Assembly: GCF_006345805.1 (NCBI RefSeq)
Contig: NC_043015.1
Span: forward strand, 33,976,001 to 34,040,000
Length of the DNA stretch: 64,000 bases
Direction of reading: 5' to 3'
Source: Octopus sinensis
Lineage: Eukaryota
Shown: one piece after another, positions 25,501 to 39,638 of the stretch
Position numbering within the stretch: the first letter of the stretch is position 1
How the letters are laid out: each line of letters starts with the position of its first letter
The notes under the pieces: model-generated
What the model was told of the DNA's origin: nothing
What the model saw: the letters and a program-made list of their open reading frames with translations, nothing else
The model's database searches: none
Translations under genes and position numbers: made by a program

Positions 25501-25975
25501 CTATTTGCTAAAACATTCCTGGTAATAAAAAAATGTAATAAAATAGTATATATTTGATTCTGAGTAAAGAATGGTAAAATGGATGATACAATAAAGAAGG
25601 ATAAATACAAAGTGAAGTTTATTCTCTTATTTTCCCAACACTCAGCTAGAATTTGATCTCATGTATTCTATTCATATATATATGCATGTATATGTGTGTA
25701 CATACATGTACACACACACACATGTACTGATATTAACCTGATTTGGGGACAGGACTATAGATCTCATTCTGAACAAGGGTGTGAACGTGTTAAGCAAATC
25801 ACATCTAATCTTTACATCTATTATCATAATATAACTTACACTTAATGTCCTCAACAAATGGTTGATAACCAATATAGCAACAGAAGCCTCGTTATATGCC
25901 ATAAAATGATAGCTTAATGGGTAATTTAGATATGTGTGTGTGTGTGTGTGGGGGGGGGGGTTATGTATGTATAGG

Positions 25976-26345
25976 TGCAGGCATGGCTGTGTGGTAGGAA
26001 GTTTGCTTCCCAACCACAGAGTTCTGGATTCAGTCCCTCAATGTGCTATCTTGGGAAGTGTCTTCTACTATGGCCTCAGGCTAACCAAAGCCTTACAAGT
26101 GGAATTGGTAGCCAGAAACTGAAAGAAACTCATTGTATGTGTGTGTGTGTGTATGTGTGTGTGTGTGGTTATCCACCACCACTTGACAAGTGGTATTGGT
26201 TTGTTTACATTCCTGTAACTTAACAATTTAGCAAAAGAGACTGATAGAGTATGTACCAGGATTTAATGAAAGCAAAAGAATTGATGTCGATTCATTTGGC
26301 CAAAACCCTTCAAATAACTGAAACAAATCAAAGATAAAAAAAAAA
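25976..26345 (+). mobile_element. SINE family A
   Basis: Colinear with 56384-56769. Confidence 0.85.
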
Positions 26346-26464
26346 GATATATATATATTAGTGATTTTAGGATTAGGGTTCCTTTTGGCCATTTGATGTA
26401 CATAAGGAACTAAATTCAGATATAAGTTTAAGTCTCCCTTGTATCAGAAAAGAAAAGGAAGAAA

Positions 26465-26615
26465 TCAGACGACAGGGGAGAAAAGCTCAACAAAATCAAC
26501 CTCATCCTCCACTAGCATTAGCATGCAGCCAATGCCATTGATTCTTCTCTGCAAAAATTGGTCTGCTGAGTCATCAATGACATCATCATAAAAGAAGTGT
26601 TCAGCAGAGAAAAAA
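26465..26615 (-). CDS. Uncharacterised gene, putative last coding exon
   Basis: After the tttag acceptor (phase 2): FFSAEHFFYDDVIDDSADQFLQRRINGIGCMLMLVEDEVDFVELFSPVV*. The sequence is non-repetitive and protein-like, and the phase matches the exon at 30574-30662. Confidence 0.55.
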
Positions 26616-28614
26616 CTAAACTCTTGGATACAAGATAAAGCTGCTGCCAATGTACAGCTACACTAATCATTGATATTCTGTTGTACATCACTAATACAGA
26701 GACCAGTCATATGATGGAAGTACAGTATTAATATGACAACCACATATCACAGCTATATGACAGAGGTACAGTATAAGTGATATACTATAGTCATATGATG
26801 GCTGTATGATATCAGTGACTAAATATCATAATTGTATTTGGGTGGTAGAATTGTCAGGACAGGAAAACAAATGCTTGGCTGTAAATGTTTTGGTTTGTTA
26901 CTTTATGAGATCAAATCATGCCAAGGTCAACTTTGCCTTTCATCTTATTGATGTCAATAAAATAAAAGTACCAGTTGGGTCCTGGAATAAATGTAATCAA
27001 CCAGCTCCAATCTCCATAAATTCACTGGCTTTAGGCCTAAGTTAGAAACAATCTATCATATAGCTATATAGTTATAACAATATATCATCATTCTACAGTC
27101 AAAAGATATATACACACATGCTTTAAACAAGGATTTTGATAAAGAGTTCATTTGAAACATCAGTCTACTTATTTTATTTTTACTGGTTTTTTCTTTTTTA
27201 AGCGTACAATTCATTATGCACAACTTTTTCTGTCAATTTTTTCTTGTGTTCCCATTCCGTCCACCACCTTTTGAATTTTTGTCTACATGTTGTACCTTCT
27301 CCTTTGTCCAACTGTTTCTCTCTTACTCCCTTTGTTCCATTTGTGCTATTTTACATATCATAGTTATATGGTGGAAGTATAATACTATGATGGGAGTATA
27401 ACATTAGTGTCCATATATCATAATAGCTATGACCAGGTCATAGTCATATCACAGAGTTACAGAACTGAGAATAGATTGCAATCAAAATATAATACATTAA
27501 AAGAGCCACATGTTTAATCACTCCACCAATATATAATTAATTAAGATCTTTAACTTCAAGGATTACGGTTCCTCCAGTGACCACCAAGATGCAATGGAAA
27601 ACATCCTCAGTGACAGAGCTTTCAGTTGAACTTCAGCCCCCTTTAAAACGATTGTGATAAAAAATACTGTGAGAGGTGTCAGTTATGAAAACCAAAGAGA
27701 AAGAGTTAAACATAAAAGCTGAAGAATGCAGTGAAAGCACACCTGGAATATCACACCTGGAATACCACACCTTCAGACATAAGACCACGATACTATGAGA
27801 ATGTTAATTGATGCAACACTTTGTTGAATTGATCACATGATGGTGGTGGTGGTGGTGGTGGTAATTATTCTCTTAAATAAGTCACCAACTAATTGATAGA
27901 ACCACAATGGTCAAAGGAGAGGGGGGGGAGAGAGAGAGGGAGGGAGGGAGAGAATAGTTATATTGCTTGTCGTCAGCCAGACAGACATAAATAACTGAAA
28001 TTTTGATAAGGTTTCGTGTTCTGCAGGTGATCAACTGGTGTTGGCAGTGATGGCCTTCCCTGTTGATATTTCATTATAGAAACCTTACTAATTCATTAGT
28101 TATATTAATATGGATCTAAATATATGTGTGTGTGTGTGTACACCCTAATTCTGCTACCACCATAGCTGAGATTGACTGATAATGAGCAATAAGTTCCATT
28201 GAACAATCAGCTTCTTGCTCCGATATGGGGTCGGCTCCAACAAATGCTATTTGCCATCACATTAGGAAATGAGTAATCAGCATTGTTGGCTCGTTGACTC
28301 TGTGACTAATTGTATTTATGGGGAAACTGGCTGGTGGCTGGCCAGTCATTTGAGCAAGGCTTTGGTTGAATATCAGCAAAACAATAGCACATCACTAAAA
28401 TCTGTTACCTGCAATTTCAATTTCCAAGCTACACCTATTTTCACCTTATTGTTTGTGGTCTCACACAACATCACAGCTATCCTGCTTCCAAACTTTATCA
28501 TTCAGAGCTTTCAATAACTTACCAGCTTTCTTTCCCTTCACCCAGCACAGGTAAATGTTCACACAAGCACTTTACACTGCCCACTTTCCATCTACCTTTT
28601 CATATCATACATAT

Positions 28615-28651
<37 letters not shown>

Positions 28652-28739
28652 CTCTCTCTTATTACATTCTCTCCCATTTGTAAATCCTTTTGCATATATC
28701 CAACACTAGTTCTTTATCCTATTCACTCTTCTCGGCTAG

Positions 28740-28848
28740 AAACCACTTACTGTTACTTCAGTACCTTTTTACTGAACCACTAAGTTACAGGGATGTAAAC
28801 ATATCAGCACTGGTTCTCAAGTAATGGTGGTGGGGGACAGACATAAAG

Positions 28849-28886
<38 letters not shown>

Positions 28887-29050
28887 GATAGGCTTCTTTC
28901 AGTTTCCGTCTACCAAATCCAGTCACAAGGCTTTGGTCAGCCTGAGGCTGTAGTAGAAGCACTTGCCCAAGATGCCACATGGTGGGGCTCAACCCCAAAC
29001 CATGTGGCTGGGAGGCAAGCCTCTTACCAGACAGCCATGCCTGCTCCTAT
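28740..29050 (-). mobile_element. SINE family A
   Basis: Reverse complement of the family A head and core (TTTCAGTTTCCGTCTACCAAATCC..CAAGGCTTTGGTC). Confidence 0.85.
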
Positions 29051-30573
29051 ATGTTATAAAAAAACCTAAGATAAGGAAATGAGGTTATAGAGTTGAGATC
29101 TATCCCAGAAGTAAAGGTGAAGTGGACTGGCTTGAATGAGGAATCAAACAAAAATTGGTCAATTGATAAGAAATACTTGACAAATGAACTGAAGTAAAGA
29201 TTAAATTTAAAAAATATATCTTAGTGTAAATTATGAATAGGAATGCTTCAGTAGCAATGGAATCAGATGTGTCTATGCGCCATCAAATCTTCAAATTTTG
29301 ATGAACACATTACACAGATCAGAGTGCGTATAGTGGACCCAGGTCTTGAAGGGTAAATTTTTCAGAAACCATAATTCAATAAGTATCACAGAGAACTTTA
29401 GTAGAACAGCATTTGATTAATAACTCAGGTAGATTTCTTAAAGCACTTGGACAGTACATCTGATTAGTGGTGTGGCAGATTTCTGAGAATAAGCATTTTT
29501 CGAAACACCAACTGAGTCAGGCATCAACATTTCCAGTTACTATAACCCACATACACAATGTATTTTCCATATCTGCATTAATTACCAAAGCTTCATGAAA
29601 CCAACATGTATACCAGGTATGAGTGATTGTGTAAACACACACACACACATATACTACATGCATACAGTGATGCCATTAACCCTATCTCTAGCAGATGCCC
29701 TAATAACAAGTGTATCAGCCAGTACACTGTGAGGTTGACTGCCAAATACCATGCAAGTCTGCTACAAGCTTGTACTAATCATTTCTTCCTACATTAACGA
29801 GAGAAATGGTTGCCAACTTCGATTATCTAGCAAATGATATTGTTAATAAGGAGAGTGAAAGTCTGCCAACACAAGGAATTGAGCTTCTTGCAGGAACTTA
29901 ACAGACTATGTAGTAAGTTAGTAGATTGGTGATGAGGATGCTTGTGATGGTGGTAGTAGCCATAGTGATGTTGCCGTGGTTTCAAGAAAAAAAAATTAAT
30001 TTAGGATAAGAATGAAACAGAAACAAGAAACTTGAATGTCTTATAGCTACAGAATGTATATATGTATGTATACATGCAAGTGTGTGTATAGGCACGTACT
30101 TAAGTATGTGAGTGAAGCAAAGAAGCAATATCACATTGTCATCGTTGAGTAGGGAAACAAAATAATTAGGGGTCAGTAATATGTTCAGATGTCAAACCTT
30201 GGTCCCCTCCCCCAGTGTCAGCCTCCATTTCGTTCTAGTTTTCAGGTTGTGTTGATGAAACCTTGAGACCCTGCTTTCTCCAGCAGGATTAGAAAGATGG
30301 GAAGATACAAAAATACTAAGAATTCTGCTGCATTGCTAAGTTCACAAACCCAAGAGCTCAAGGTACAGGAAAGACGATGGCGTTGGATGATAGCTGCAGA
30401 AGGGATAGGTGATGATATATGTTATTACGATCTGTAGTGTTGTATGACTCCTCCCTCCCTTCTCCTGTATAATATCATAAGGTACGCAATACAGAGAAGA
30501 AGAAGGTAGAGAATGAAACATAGGAGCTAAGGGGACACTTTTTAAGAATCACTACTCTGGTGGTTTTTCTTAC

Positions 30574-30662
30574 TTCTTGAAATGGAAATATTCTTGGTAT
30601 AGGTCTCTTTCAAAATGTGCTTCTAAAAATTGTGCTGCTGTGGAGAAGGAAGTGGAGGGCTG
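30574..30662 (-). CDS. Uncharacterised gene, putative internal exon
   Basis: atttttcttctgtcaactaatggcag | QPSTSFSTAAQFLEAHFERDLYQEYFHFK+AA | gtaaga; phase 0 to 2. An alternative downstream acceptor (ctccacag) would be phase 1. Confidence 0.55.
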
Positions 30663-31019
30663 CTGCCATTAGTTGACAGAAGAAAAATGACAATAATTTA
30701 AATATTTCCAACAATTAAAAATAAAAGACTAAAAAAAACAACAAAAAAATTTGCCATTATTAATTTTGGCTGGAACTGATAAATTGTGCTTAGGTGTGAT
30801 GCTGATGAATGATATGTATTGATATATAGATATGATCTCAGTAAGGATTAGCGTACGGCTAGAGTAAAATCTCCAAGGATGGATGGTTGGAACTGTTCCA
30901 GTATATATTAGATAGACATCATTGGGAAGTGAGGAAGATATGGCCAGAATGTAAAGAATGGCCTTTTAGGAATATAGGGAGGAAGTTTATGGGGTAGGGG
31001 AGAGAAACGAAGAACATAT

Positions 31020-31340
31020 AGTGGTGATGATGAGGATGATGATGATTGTGGTGGGGGTAGTGAGGGTCACTGATGGTGGTAGGGTGGGTTATTATAGCAG
31101 TAGTAATGGTGATAAGGGTGGAGATGATTATGATGGTCATGAGTGATAGTGGTGGTGGTGGTGGTGATGGTGGCAGTGAAGGTGGTGGTGGTGGTGGTGA
31201 TGTTGAGGTGGTGGTGATGGTGGCAGTGATGGTGGTGGTAGTGACAGTGTGGTGATGATGATGGTGGTAATGAGAATGATTGTGGCAGTGGTAATGATGA
31301 TGAGATAATGAATGTAATGAAAGTGGTGGTGGTGAGGATG
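31020..31340. repeat. (GGT/GAT)n trinucleotide low-complexity tract
   Basis: Directly visible. A similar tract lies at about 47915-48060. Confidence 0.9.
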
Positions 31341-31556
31341 ATGTTGGGGAAATATTTATTTTAACAGATGCAAATTAAACTGAAAATAGAGGAAGAAGAA
31401 ATAAAAATGCAGAGGAGACAGCATTTAATTGAATTCTGAGGTAAAACATGACTTCCATGACATTCATTTAAAGATAGCAAGGTGTGATTTGAGGGAGATT
31501 TGGCCGCAAAGAGGTTCTGCCATTGCAAAGTTGGGACATTGAACTGGGATGATTAA

Positions 31557-31623
<67 letters not shown>

Positions 31624-31804
31624 TTTAATGATATATCTGAATATCTAAGGAATTATCATTTTTATACTATTTCTGCAGTAATATAGTTAATAATTCCATA
31701 CAACATTGCTTTAGATGAAACATGATGGAAGAGCAGAGAAAATAAGTTTCTGTTCTAACAATTTCTGCAGTTTTGTCAATACTTTGTAAGAGTAAAGTGG
31801 TGAT

Positions 31805-32230
31805 CTGGCAGACTCAATGGCACACTGGGCAAAATGCTTAGCAATATTTTGTCCGTCTTTATGTTCTGAGTTCAGATTCTCCATGGTTGCCTTTGCCTTT
31901 TGTCCTTTTGGGGTCGATGAAATAAGAACCAGTTGAGTACTGGAGTTGGTGTAAATGACTTGCCCCACCCCAAAATTGCTGGCCTTGTGTCAAAATTCGA
32001 AACCAATATTTAAGGTGGTGACCTGGCAGAATCGTTATCACACTGGGCAAAATGCTTAGCGGCATTTCATCCATCTTTGAGTTCTGAGTTCAAATTCTGC
32101 TGATGTTGGCTTTGCCTTTCATCCCATTTGGGATCGAATAAAATAAGTACCTGTTGAACACTGGGGTCGATGTAACTGACTTAACCCTCCCCCTGAAATT
32201 GCTGGCCTTGTGCCAAAATTTGAAATCAAT
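31805..32230 (+). mobile_element. Two head-to-tail copies of tRNA-derived SINE family B (Deu/Nin-domain-like core)
   Basis: Each copy has GGCAGA..GGGCAAAATGCTTAGC..TTCTGAGTTCA..CTTTGCCTTT(C/T)(A/G)TCC..GGGGTCGAT..AAATAAG(T/A)ACC. Copies lie at about 31805-32005 and 32022-32230. Confidence 0.9.
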
Positions 32231-32609
32231 ACTTTGTTACAGTTTATGACTATCTTATAGTGTATGGCAAAGACAGTATGGAGCTGAAATGGTAGCTTGA
32301 GGTAGGAGGTAGTTGTAGTGGTAGCTGTAGCAGTACAAGTAGTAGTTGTGGTGGTAATAAATAGTGGTATAGTGGTGGTAATGGTAGTAAAAGAATATAC
32401 TTACATTTCGGACTGTGGTTGCCACTCACTCACTCTTTTTAACTGGTATTCTAAGACATCTCTTCTGCTTAGAGGAATGGCACCCTCTGGCTTGTCTTCA
32501 TATGCTGACAATCTCTGCAGATTCCCTTTGCCATAAGTCTTATACATTCTATCAATTCAATGTTAGCTGCAACAGACACAAACAAAACTGCAGATTTAAT
32601 ACCACTATA

Positions 32610-32692
<83 letters not shown>

Positions 32693-32695
32693 CAT
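32610..32695. repeat. (TTA)n microsatellite
   Basis: Directly visible. Other short arrays: (TTA)n about 7735-7830 and 34198-34232, (CTA)n 34092-34133, (GA)n 31568-31619 and 39145-39208, (GT)n 39595-39637, (CTAT)n 42244-42300, (CA)n 15640-15742. Confidence 0.95.
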
Positions 32696-32779
32696 CATTA
32701 TCTCTTCTACACAACTTAAAATATTTCATGCATTTTATATAAGAATATTTTTCTCATTACATTTATGAATTTGTTTTGC

Positions 32780-33290
32780 AGGATTCTTGATGTGGAATTG
32801 TATATTAAAACAGACATTGTTACGTATGGATGAGGACAACTGCATAAAGAAGTGCCATGCTCTAATTGTGGAGGGTACCTGTGAAAGGGGTACACCCAGG
32901 AAGATGTAGGCCAAAGTGGTGAGAAGGGATCTTCGGATGCTGGGCCCTTGAGGAAATGACAAGGGAAGAGGAGATTGGTGATTTGCTGTGCTTGATAAGA
33001 CATGTCAAGCTTAGTAAAACTGCTGTCATCCACACTTACAGGCTTGTCCTTTCAGGTACTGGGGCCACTTAAAAAGCACCCCACCTGCCAGTGCTGCATT
33101 AACACACTCATGCTGGTGGCATGCAAAAACCACCCAGCACACTCTGTTAAGTGGTTGGCATTGGGAAGGGCATGCATGCCACAACAGACAGTTGGAGCCT
33201 GGACAGCTTCCTACTAGCCAACTCCATGTCAATCCGTCCAACCCATGTGAGCATGGCAAGTGGACATTAAACGATGATGATGATTGTTAT
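32780..33290 (+). mobile_element. RTE LINE 3' fragment with decayed ORF2 end
   Basis: RMDEDNCIKKCHALIVEGTCERGTPRKM*AKVVRRDLRMLG matches the end of the 11176 ORF. It continues into the 3' UTR and an AACGATGATGATGAT tail at about 33270-33285. Confidence 0.85.
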
Positions 33291-33695
33291 ACTTGGGGAT
33301 GGTCATATTTTGCCAATTAAACACACGCATTTTATATTTGATTGTCACTTATATTCTAGCATAAAACATGGAGATTAAGTACTGTGCAATAGTTAACAGA
33401 GAGTAAAATAACTAATTGAATAGATATTGATCTTCTGCCTCATGGTTCCTGGGTGCAAACCTGATATATTTTTTGTGTTTTTCAGAAATTAACAATTTGC
33501 ACATTTTTTCTTGACACATCATCATCTGTAGCAGACAGTTGGTCAATCCATGAAGATGTTTCTCCAATACAGGTTTACCACTATGTAATCCAAGCAAAAT
33601 TTGTAAGGAACCTTCAGAATCTTGGAGATATATTTTATGTTAAATTGGTGGTTTTGAGGAAGTTTGCATTTTATTCCATAACTGAACACTCTTAC

Positions 33696-33780
33696 TTTTA
33701 GGTGGTTGAGAAATATAACTGTCTCTGGACAAGAAGGAATTGATTCTTGGTTTGAAGCAGGCCAAAATGTGAACTCAGTC
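33696..33780 (-). CDS. Uncharacterised gene, putative internal exon
   Basis: tttcttttataagcttgcag | G+TEFTFWPASNQESIPSCPETVIFLNHLK | gtaaga; 85 nt, phase 2 to 0. Confidence 0.6.
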
Positions 33781-34090
33781 CTGCAAGCTTATAAAAGAAA
33801 TCTTATATCACCTATTTGGAAGTAGGTTGAACTGCTGATGGCTACTAAGAGTTAGTTAAGTATATAATCTCCACGCTGGTCTAAAATTTAAAGAATTCCT
33901 GGAATATACGGAGAATGAAAAGTGACTGAACCATTGAATCCAATTTGCAGTTGCAAAGATTTTAATGTCTTCCATAAAAGTCAGACTTAACAATAAAATT
34001 GGTTAGAAGTGATATACTATGAAGGATATCAAAAGATATTTAGATTGCTGAGTTTTCAGATGACTTCCCCATTGGTAATAGTGTTATCCT

Positions 34091-34134
<44 letters not shown>

Positions 34135-34196
34135 GTATAATTTAAGAGCATATCAATAATTTCCTTCTTCTTTTACATAGAGTGAGGTACATCAAA

Positions 34197-34233
<37 letters not shown>

Positions 34234-34259
34234 GCAGCTGTTATTCTTTTTGTCGTTAT

Positions 34260-34800
34260 GCAGGGGAAGTAAATTGTAAAAGAATTGGCAGAGGAAACGT
34301 CAAAAGACTAAGAAGATCCAGATATGGTGAAAGTGAAGGGGGTGGCCAGTACCACTGGCTATTGATGATGCTACGGTCAATAAACAGAGACTGAGAAAGA
34401 GGACATTCAAAGTGACCACTTTAGTGCTTTGGTAAGTCGGAGTTAACAGTCTGCAACAACCAACGGAGAAAAGGCTATAAAATTAAGTGTTTCAATATTA
34501 AAGGAATATCTATTTATAATATTCAGTCTTGTTTGGAGTCAACTAAGATGGTGAGGGGGGGAGGTGGTAAGTAACTGAGATAGGAATGGCAGCACTAAAT
34601 GTTTTCTCTTCTAGCAGAGACAGATCATGGATGTCATAGCCAGAAGTGATAAGAATGGATCTCAGGGTGCTGAGCTTCACTGATGAGATGTTGTACTGTG
34701 GAACAGTCTAGAGTACAAAATGCATAGTGAAGATGTATGGCCTAGTGTTTCAGATGATGGGCTCACATTTAAGTAGTGTTAACTGGGAAGTTAATAGCAG
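34260..34800 (-). mobile_element. Possible heavily decayed L2/CR1 endonuclease-region remnant
   Basis: Weak minus-strand resemblance to APE motifs (VTYHLPP for VYRPP; VVADC*L for GDFN). There are many stops. Confidence 0.3.
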
Positions 34801-35236
34801 TTTACGTAACATGAAATGGGGAGGAATTTCATTCCAAAACATTGAGTCTACACAAATGAAACCATTGTCTAATGTTTGTTTCAAAACTGAAGTTAAACTA
34901 AAGAGAAAGTTATAATAAAAATTTGTTGACAAAAACAGAAGGGAGAGACATCTTGAAGCTTATATTTCATCATTATGAGTGACCCATGTCTACAAAAGTG
35001 TCAATATTCATGAATTAAACTAAGGCAGCTAGCTGGCAGAATTATGCTGGGCAAAATGCTTAGAAGCATTTAATCTATCTTTATGTTCTGAGTTCAAATT
35101 TTGCTCAGGTTGACTTTGTTTTACATCCTTTCAGGGTCAATAAAATAAGTCAAGCCTAGGAGTCCATATAATCGACTCGTCCCCTCCCCTTAAATTGCTG
35201 TCCTTGAGCCAAAGTTTTAAATCAATATTTATGAGT

Positions 35237-35271
<35 letters not shown>

Positions 35272-35576
35272 AACACACAGACACACCTGTATGATGAAGG
35301 TTCTCTGCCATTTGACAATGTAGATTCAGTAGTTTGATCAACTGAATTACCTGGTCCTGAATTAATGTCTAAGTTTACAGAGCATTGCCCAGAGATGTGC
35401 ACCGTTAACATAATTCCGCAGCAGAATGAGCATGAATGCATTATGACAAGACTATATGCTTTGAATTACAGTATAATCCACCTGGCAGGTATCTATACGG
35501 TTTTTTTCAACTTAGTTTCACTTACAAGATAATAGGTTAACCTGAGGCATTAGAAATGACATTTCTTCAAGATGGC

Positions 35577-35935
35577 TAGGTGCAGGCATGGATGGCTGGT
35601 AAGAAACTTGCTTCCCAACCACATGGTTCTGAGTTCAGTCCCACTGTGTGGCACCTTTTTCTACGATAGCCTTGGAGTGACCAAATCCTTGAGTGTATTT
35701 GGTAGACAGAAACTGAAAGGAAGCTGTCGTGTGTGTGTGTGTGCATGTGTTTGTGTGTTTATCTCCTACTACCACTTGATGTCTGGTGTAGGTGTGTTTA
35801 TGTCCCCGCAACTTAGTATTTTGGCAAAAGAGACTGAAAGAATAAGTACTAGGCTTAGAAATAAGTACTGGTGGTAGTGGCGCTCCAGTATGGCCACAAT
35901 CTAATGACTGATACAAGTAAAAGATAAAAAGATGT
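35577..35935 (+). mobile_element. SINE family A
   Basis: Colinear with 56384-56769. Partial copies also lie at about 3415-3640, 16858-17105, 17735-17995, 19520-19680, 42353-42510, 45595-45780, 46447-46590 and 49855-50050. Confidence 0.85.
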
Positions 35936-35989
35936 GGGATTGAATCCAGAACCTTGGAGTTGCAAAGTGAATTTCTTAACAAATCAATC

Positions 35990-35995
<6 letters not shown>

Positions 35996-36028
<33 letters not shown>

Positions 36029-36417
36029 TGTGTACAGTGCTCAGGTGCACTACAACTCATCTAAAGTGTATATATAATCAGGTGTAGTTTCGGCGGATTT
36101 CGGAAAGCATGAGGGCCTTAAAGGATGCAGTGTCATGGCAGTCAACAACTGACGCAGGCAGTTTATTCCATGCTTCAGCAACCATGAGCGTGAAAAAATG
36201 TTTCCGAAAGTCATGGGAGCTGTGTTGTTTTCTGACTTTGTAGGCATGTCCACGTGTGTTAGACACATGGAGATCAAAAAGGTGTTCAGTGTTGTTGTTG
36301 GTGAGGTGGTTGATAACTTTGTGGGTGTTTACCAAGTCCGTCGCCAGACGCCGGAGCTTCAGTGAATCCATGCCCAGGGAAACAAGGCGCTCAGAATATG
36401 GTAGGTGTCTGATGGAT
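35996..36417 (-). mobile_element. 5'-truncated CR1-clade LINE 3' end
   Basis: HLPYSERLVSLGMDSLKLRRLATDL..NTRGHAYKV..RKHFFTLMVAEAWNKLPASVV..FK, then a short UTR and a (TTA)n tail at 35996-36029. Confidence 0.9.
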
Positions 36418-36432
36418 GGATATATATGTATG

Positions 36433-36465
<33 letters not shown>

Positions 36466-38530
36466 ATATATATATATATATATGTATGTGTATATATATA
36501 TATATGTGTGTGTATATATATGTGTGTATATATATATACATATATATAAAAGGAAAATCAATCTTTTGGAACCAATAAAACAGTAAGAACTAGAATTATC
36601 AATCTTAGAATTTATTCCATTTTTTTTTCTGCTGGAATTTGATTTCATCATCATGTCTGAGAAATTGTATAAACACACACATGCATTCCAGCACCAGCAA
36701 CCAAGTTACAATGCTCCTACAAATGTACAAATCTATATAGCAGTGTTGAGGGTGCATATAGGTGTGTTTCTACACCCACACACACACACACATATATATA
36801 TACATACATACATATTCAATGTATTCCAGCACAAATACACATACAAACTGTCAAACTCTTTGTATTTACATGTATATACACATGCAGGAACAGAGATCAT
36901 TATCAGACAAAATTCATGGAAGCATTATATACAATAAACACATACACAGTACTATATACACACTCAGTGACTATGTGAATATACACCTATTACACACATA
37001 CTTAGCCATTAAATGTAATATATGCACACATACGCATGCAAATACTCAAATACAGTTACTATACACAAACGTATACACCCATTCACATAGTTTGTCATTA
37101 CAAACACACATATACTCAAAAGTTACATATAGATAGACAGTCATTCTATGGTTCTTAATTTCCCCAAAGGAAGAAAACAGAATTAATTTGGAGCAAAATA
37201 ATTCAAAAATGAAAAACTCTAAGTTAAAAATCCAAAATGAATCAACCACAGAGGAATATAACACAGCACAATAACAATATAAGACATATTTAGGTCATGC
37301 AAAGTAATATCATAAGACTTTTTTCCATTGATAGGGTTAAAGTATTAGTACAGAGTGTAAAATAATCAATAAATTTGATATAAATCTGATCTGGGATCTC
37401 TATGCAATGTGCAGTATCACATGACCTGTGCTATATTATCGACATAATATCTCAGTGCAGTATTATAATCTCCCATATTGTTGTTAATTAAATCTGATAT
37501 ACATCTGAGCTGAGTTGGGTGAACCAATGCTATCACATGACCTGAGTGATAATATCTATGGTGTGTCTCAGAGCAAAGATATAGTATGTCACTGTGTTGC
37601 TGTAGAACCAAAATGCCGTGTAGAATATTGACATGGTGGTTCATGTCTACTTGTACAAGAAGGGTTTAATACAGAATGGACTGGGAAATGCATTCGGAAA
37701 TCAAAACAGTCATTAACCACTCAAGTAGATTCTTGAAAGCCAAAGATTTTGAAGTCAGCATTGCACATTAGCAAAACATTCATTAATTATATAATAATCT
37801 CATTCTTTACAGTGATAAGATTTACCTGTGCACAGTACTCATAGTACCTATTTACATTTATGTAATCTAAATTAGCAAATTAAATATTGTGGCCAAACTA
37901 TGTTTACTTATAAAAATTCAGTATAGCTTCTTGACTGTACCTATTTTACAGCTGCTTCACTTTAACTTGCATCTTTGTCTTACACCTGCCACATCTAATC
38001 TTTTGCCATGGCTACTCCACACCTCACCCTAACCCTAACCTTATTCCAGTTTCCAACACAAACCAAATCTTTATATCTCCCTCACCCCACACCTGTCCCA
38101 GTTACTACCACTTTATTTTGCTTAATTCTGAAGAATCTGTCGCACTTCCTTCTGGAGGAGAGCTTCTATGTGATTTTTTTTAAATAACAGAAACAGTAGC
38201 TAAATCTCCCACATATCACACCAAAAAGGAAATGATTCATTGGATAACGTGATCCTAGATACACTGTGTCATTAAAGAAAACATAGACAAGTTGGTCATA
38301 TTTGGCAACGCCTTTGCTCATAGGCCTATTTGATCAGAGTTGATTTAGGGCAAAACAACAACAAATTAATCATTAACCACTGATATACATGAAATATTAA
38401 TCAAATTATTGCTCCCACTGCAGATCCATTTTCATTTATCACTGGCAGAAGTACTGACAGCTGATGGCTTGGTGTCATTTAAGACCAACAACAGCAAGAA
38501 CAACATCAGCAGTTTGCCGTAAGCACTAAC

Positions 38531-38657
38531 TGCAGCATTATGGCACGCATTAAACCCTCCCCATTTTTTGAGATTAAATCCTTAAAGGCTTGTCCCGTTT
38601 TGGGAAACAGTGCAGCCAGTTTGGCTTTAAAATTAATCAAATAATACGTTCTGATGC
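38531..38657 (-). CDS. Uncharacterised gene, putative internal exon
   Basis: cttttatctttag | GC+IRTYYLINFKAKLAALFPKTGQAFKDLISKNGEGLMRAIML+CA | gttagt; 127 nt, phase 1 to 2. It joins the next exon as CA|G (Gln). Confidence 0.6.
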
Positions 38658-38744
38658 CTAAAGATAAAAGAATTCGTTTTTTAATGATTGGCAACAATTT
38701 CCATGACATTAAATACTTCATGTATAAATTATGTCAGTGAAGTT

Positions 38745-38935
38745 GCATGGCTTAGGGGTTAGGATAACTAGCTCAGCTGTAAGGTTGTGAGTTCAATCCC
38801 CAGTGGCGCATTGCGTCATGTCATGCTGAATCTCTCTGAGAACTATGTTTGTCTGTGGAGTACTCAGCCACTTGCACATTAATTTCATGAGCAGGCTGTT
38901 CTGCTGATCTGATCAACTGGGACCCTCATTGTAAG
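38745..38935 (+). mobile_element. Third tRNA-derived SINE-like family
   Basis: Head GCATGGCTTAGGGGTTAGG..GTGAGTTCAATCCCC. Related heads occur on the minus strand at about 15500-15630 and 1660-1780. Confidence 0.6.
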
Positions 38936-39147
38936 AGACAGGGTTACCAGATTATGTCAGATGTATGATTAAGAATAAGAGGATTTAGGATGTTGTTGTT
39001 GTTTAGTCAGGGGTCAGCTGCGATAAAAGGGACCTCTGATCAAAGGTTATCCAATCGTCAACAAGCCAGCTAAAGTGTAATCCAAAGAAGCTACCAATGT
39101 ACCTTGTATATCCTTTTAAAGATGGTTAGGTGAGGTTTGAGAAAGAG

Positions 39148-39210
<63 letters not shown>

Positions 39211-39590
39211 ATTGATATGTTGTTGTTTAGACTCAGGTTATCCTCGAGTGAACACATCACTAGTAAAATTATGACCACCACATCTATTTATTAGGTGTGT
39301 TGTATCTAGAGTTACATGACTCAATACATTCTTCTTTTGTCTTAATGACAGTAAAATGTGATATGAGGGAAATTTGGCTACCATTTTTAGCAGTTTAATT
39401 GACCATATACATGTTCATTTGCTGACTCAACTAACTGATAATCTTTTTTTTTTTTTTTGTGATGTATGTAAAGATATAAACACTGCATCTGTAATTGCCT
39501 TCTGAGAAGAGACATTATCCATTGCATTCTCCAGGTGATGACTGATGTTTCTAGGGGATGAGAAAACATGGTTGTTTGACACTCACATAC

Positions 39591-39638
<48 letters not shown>

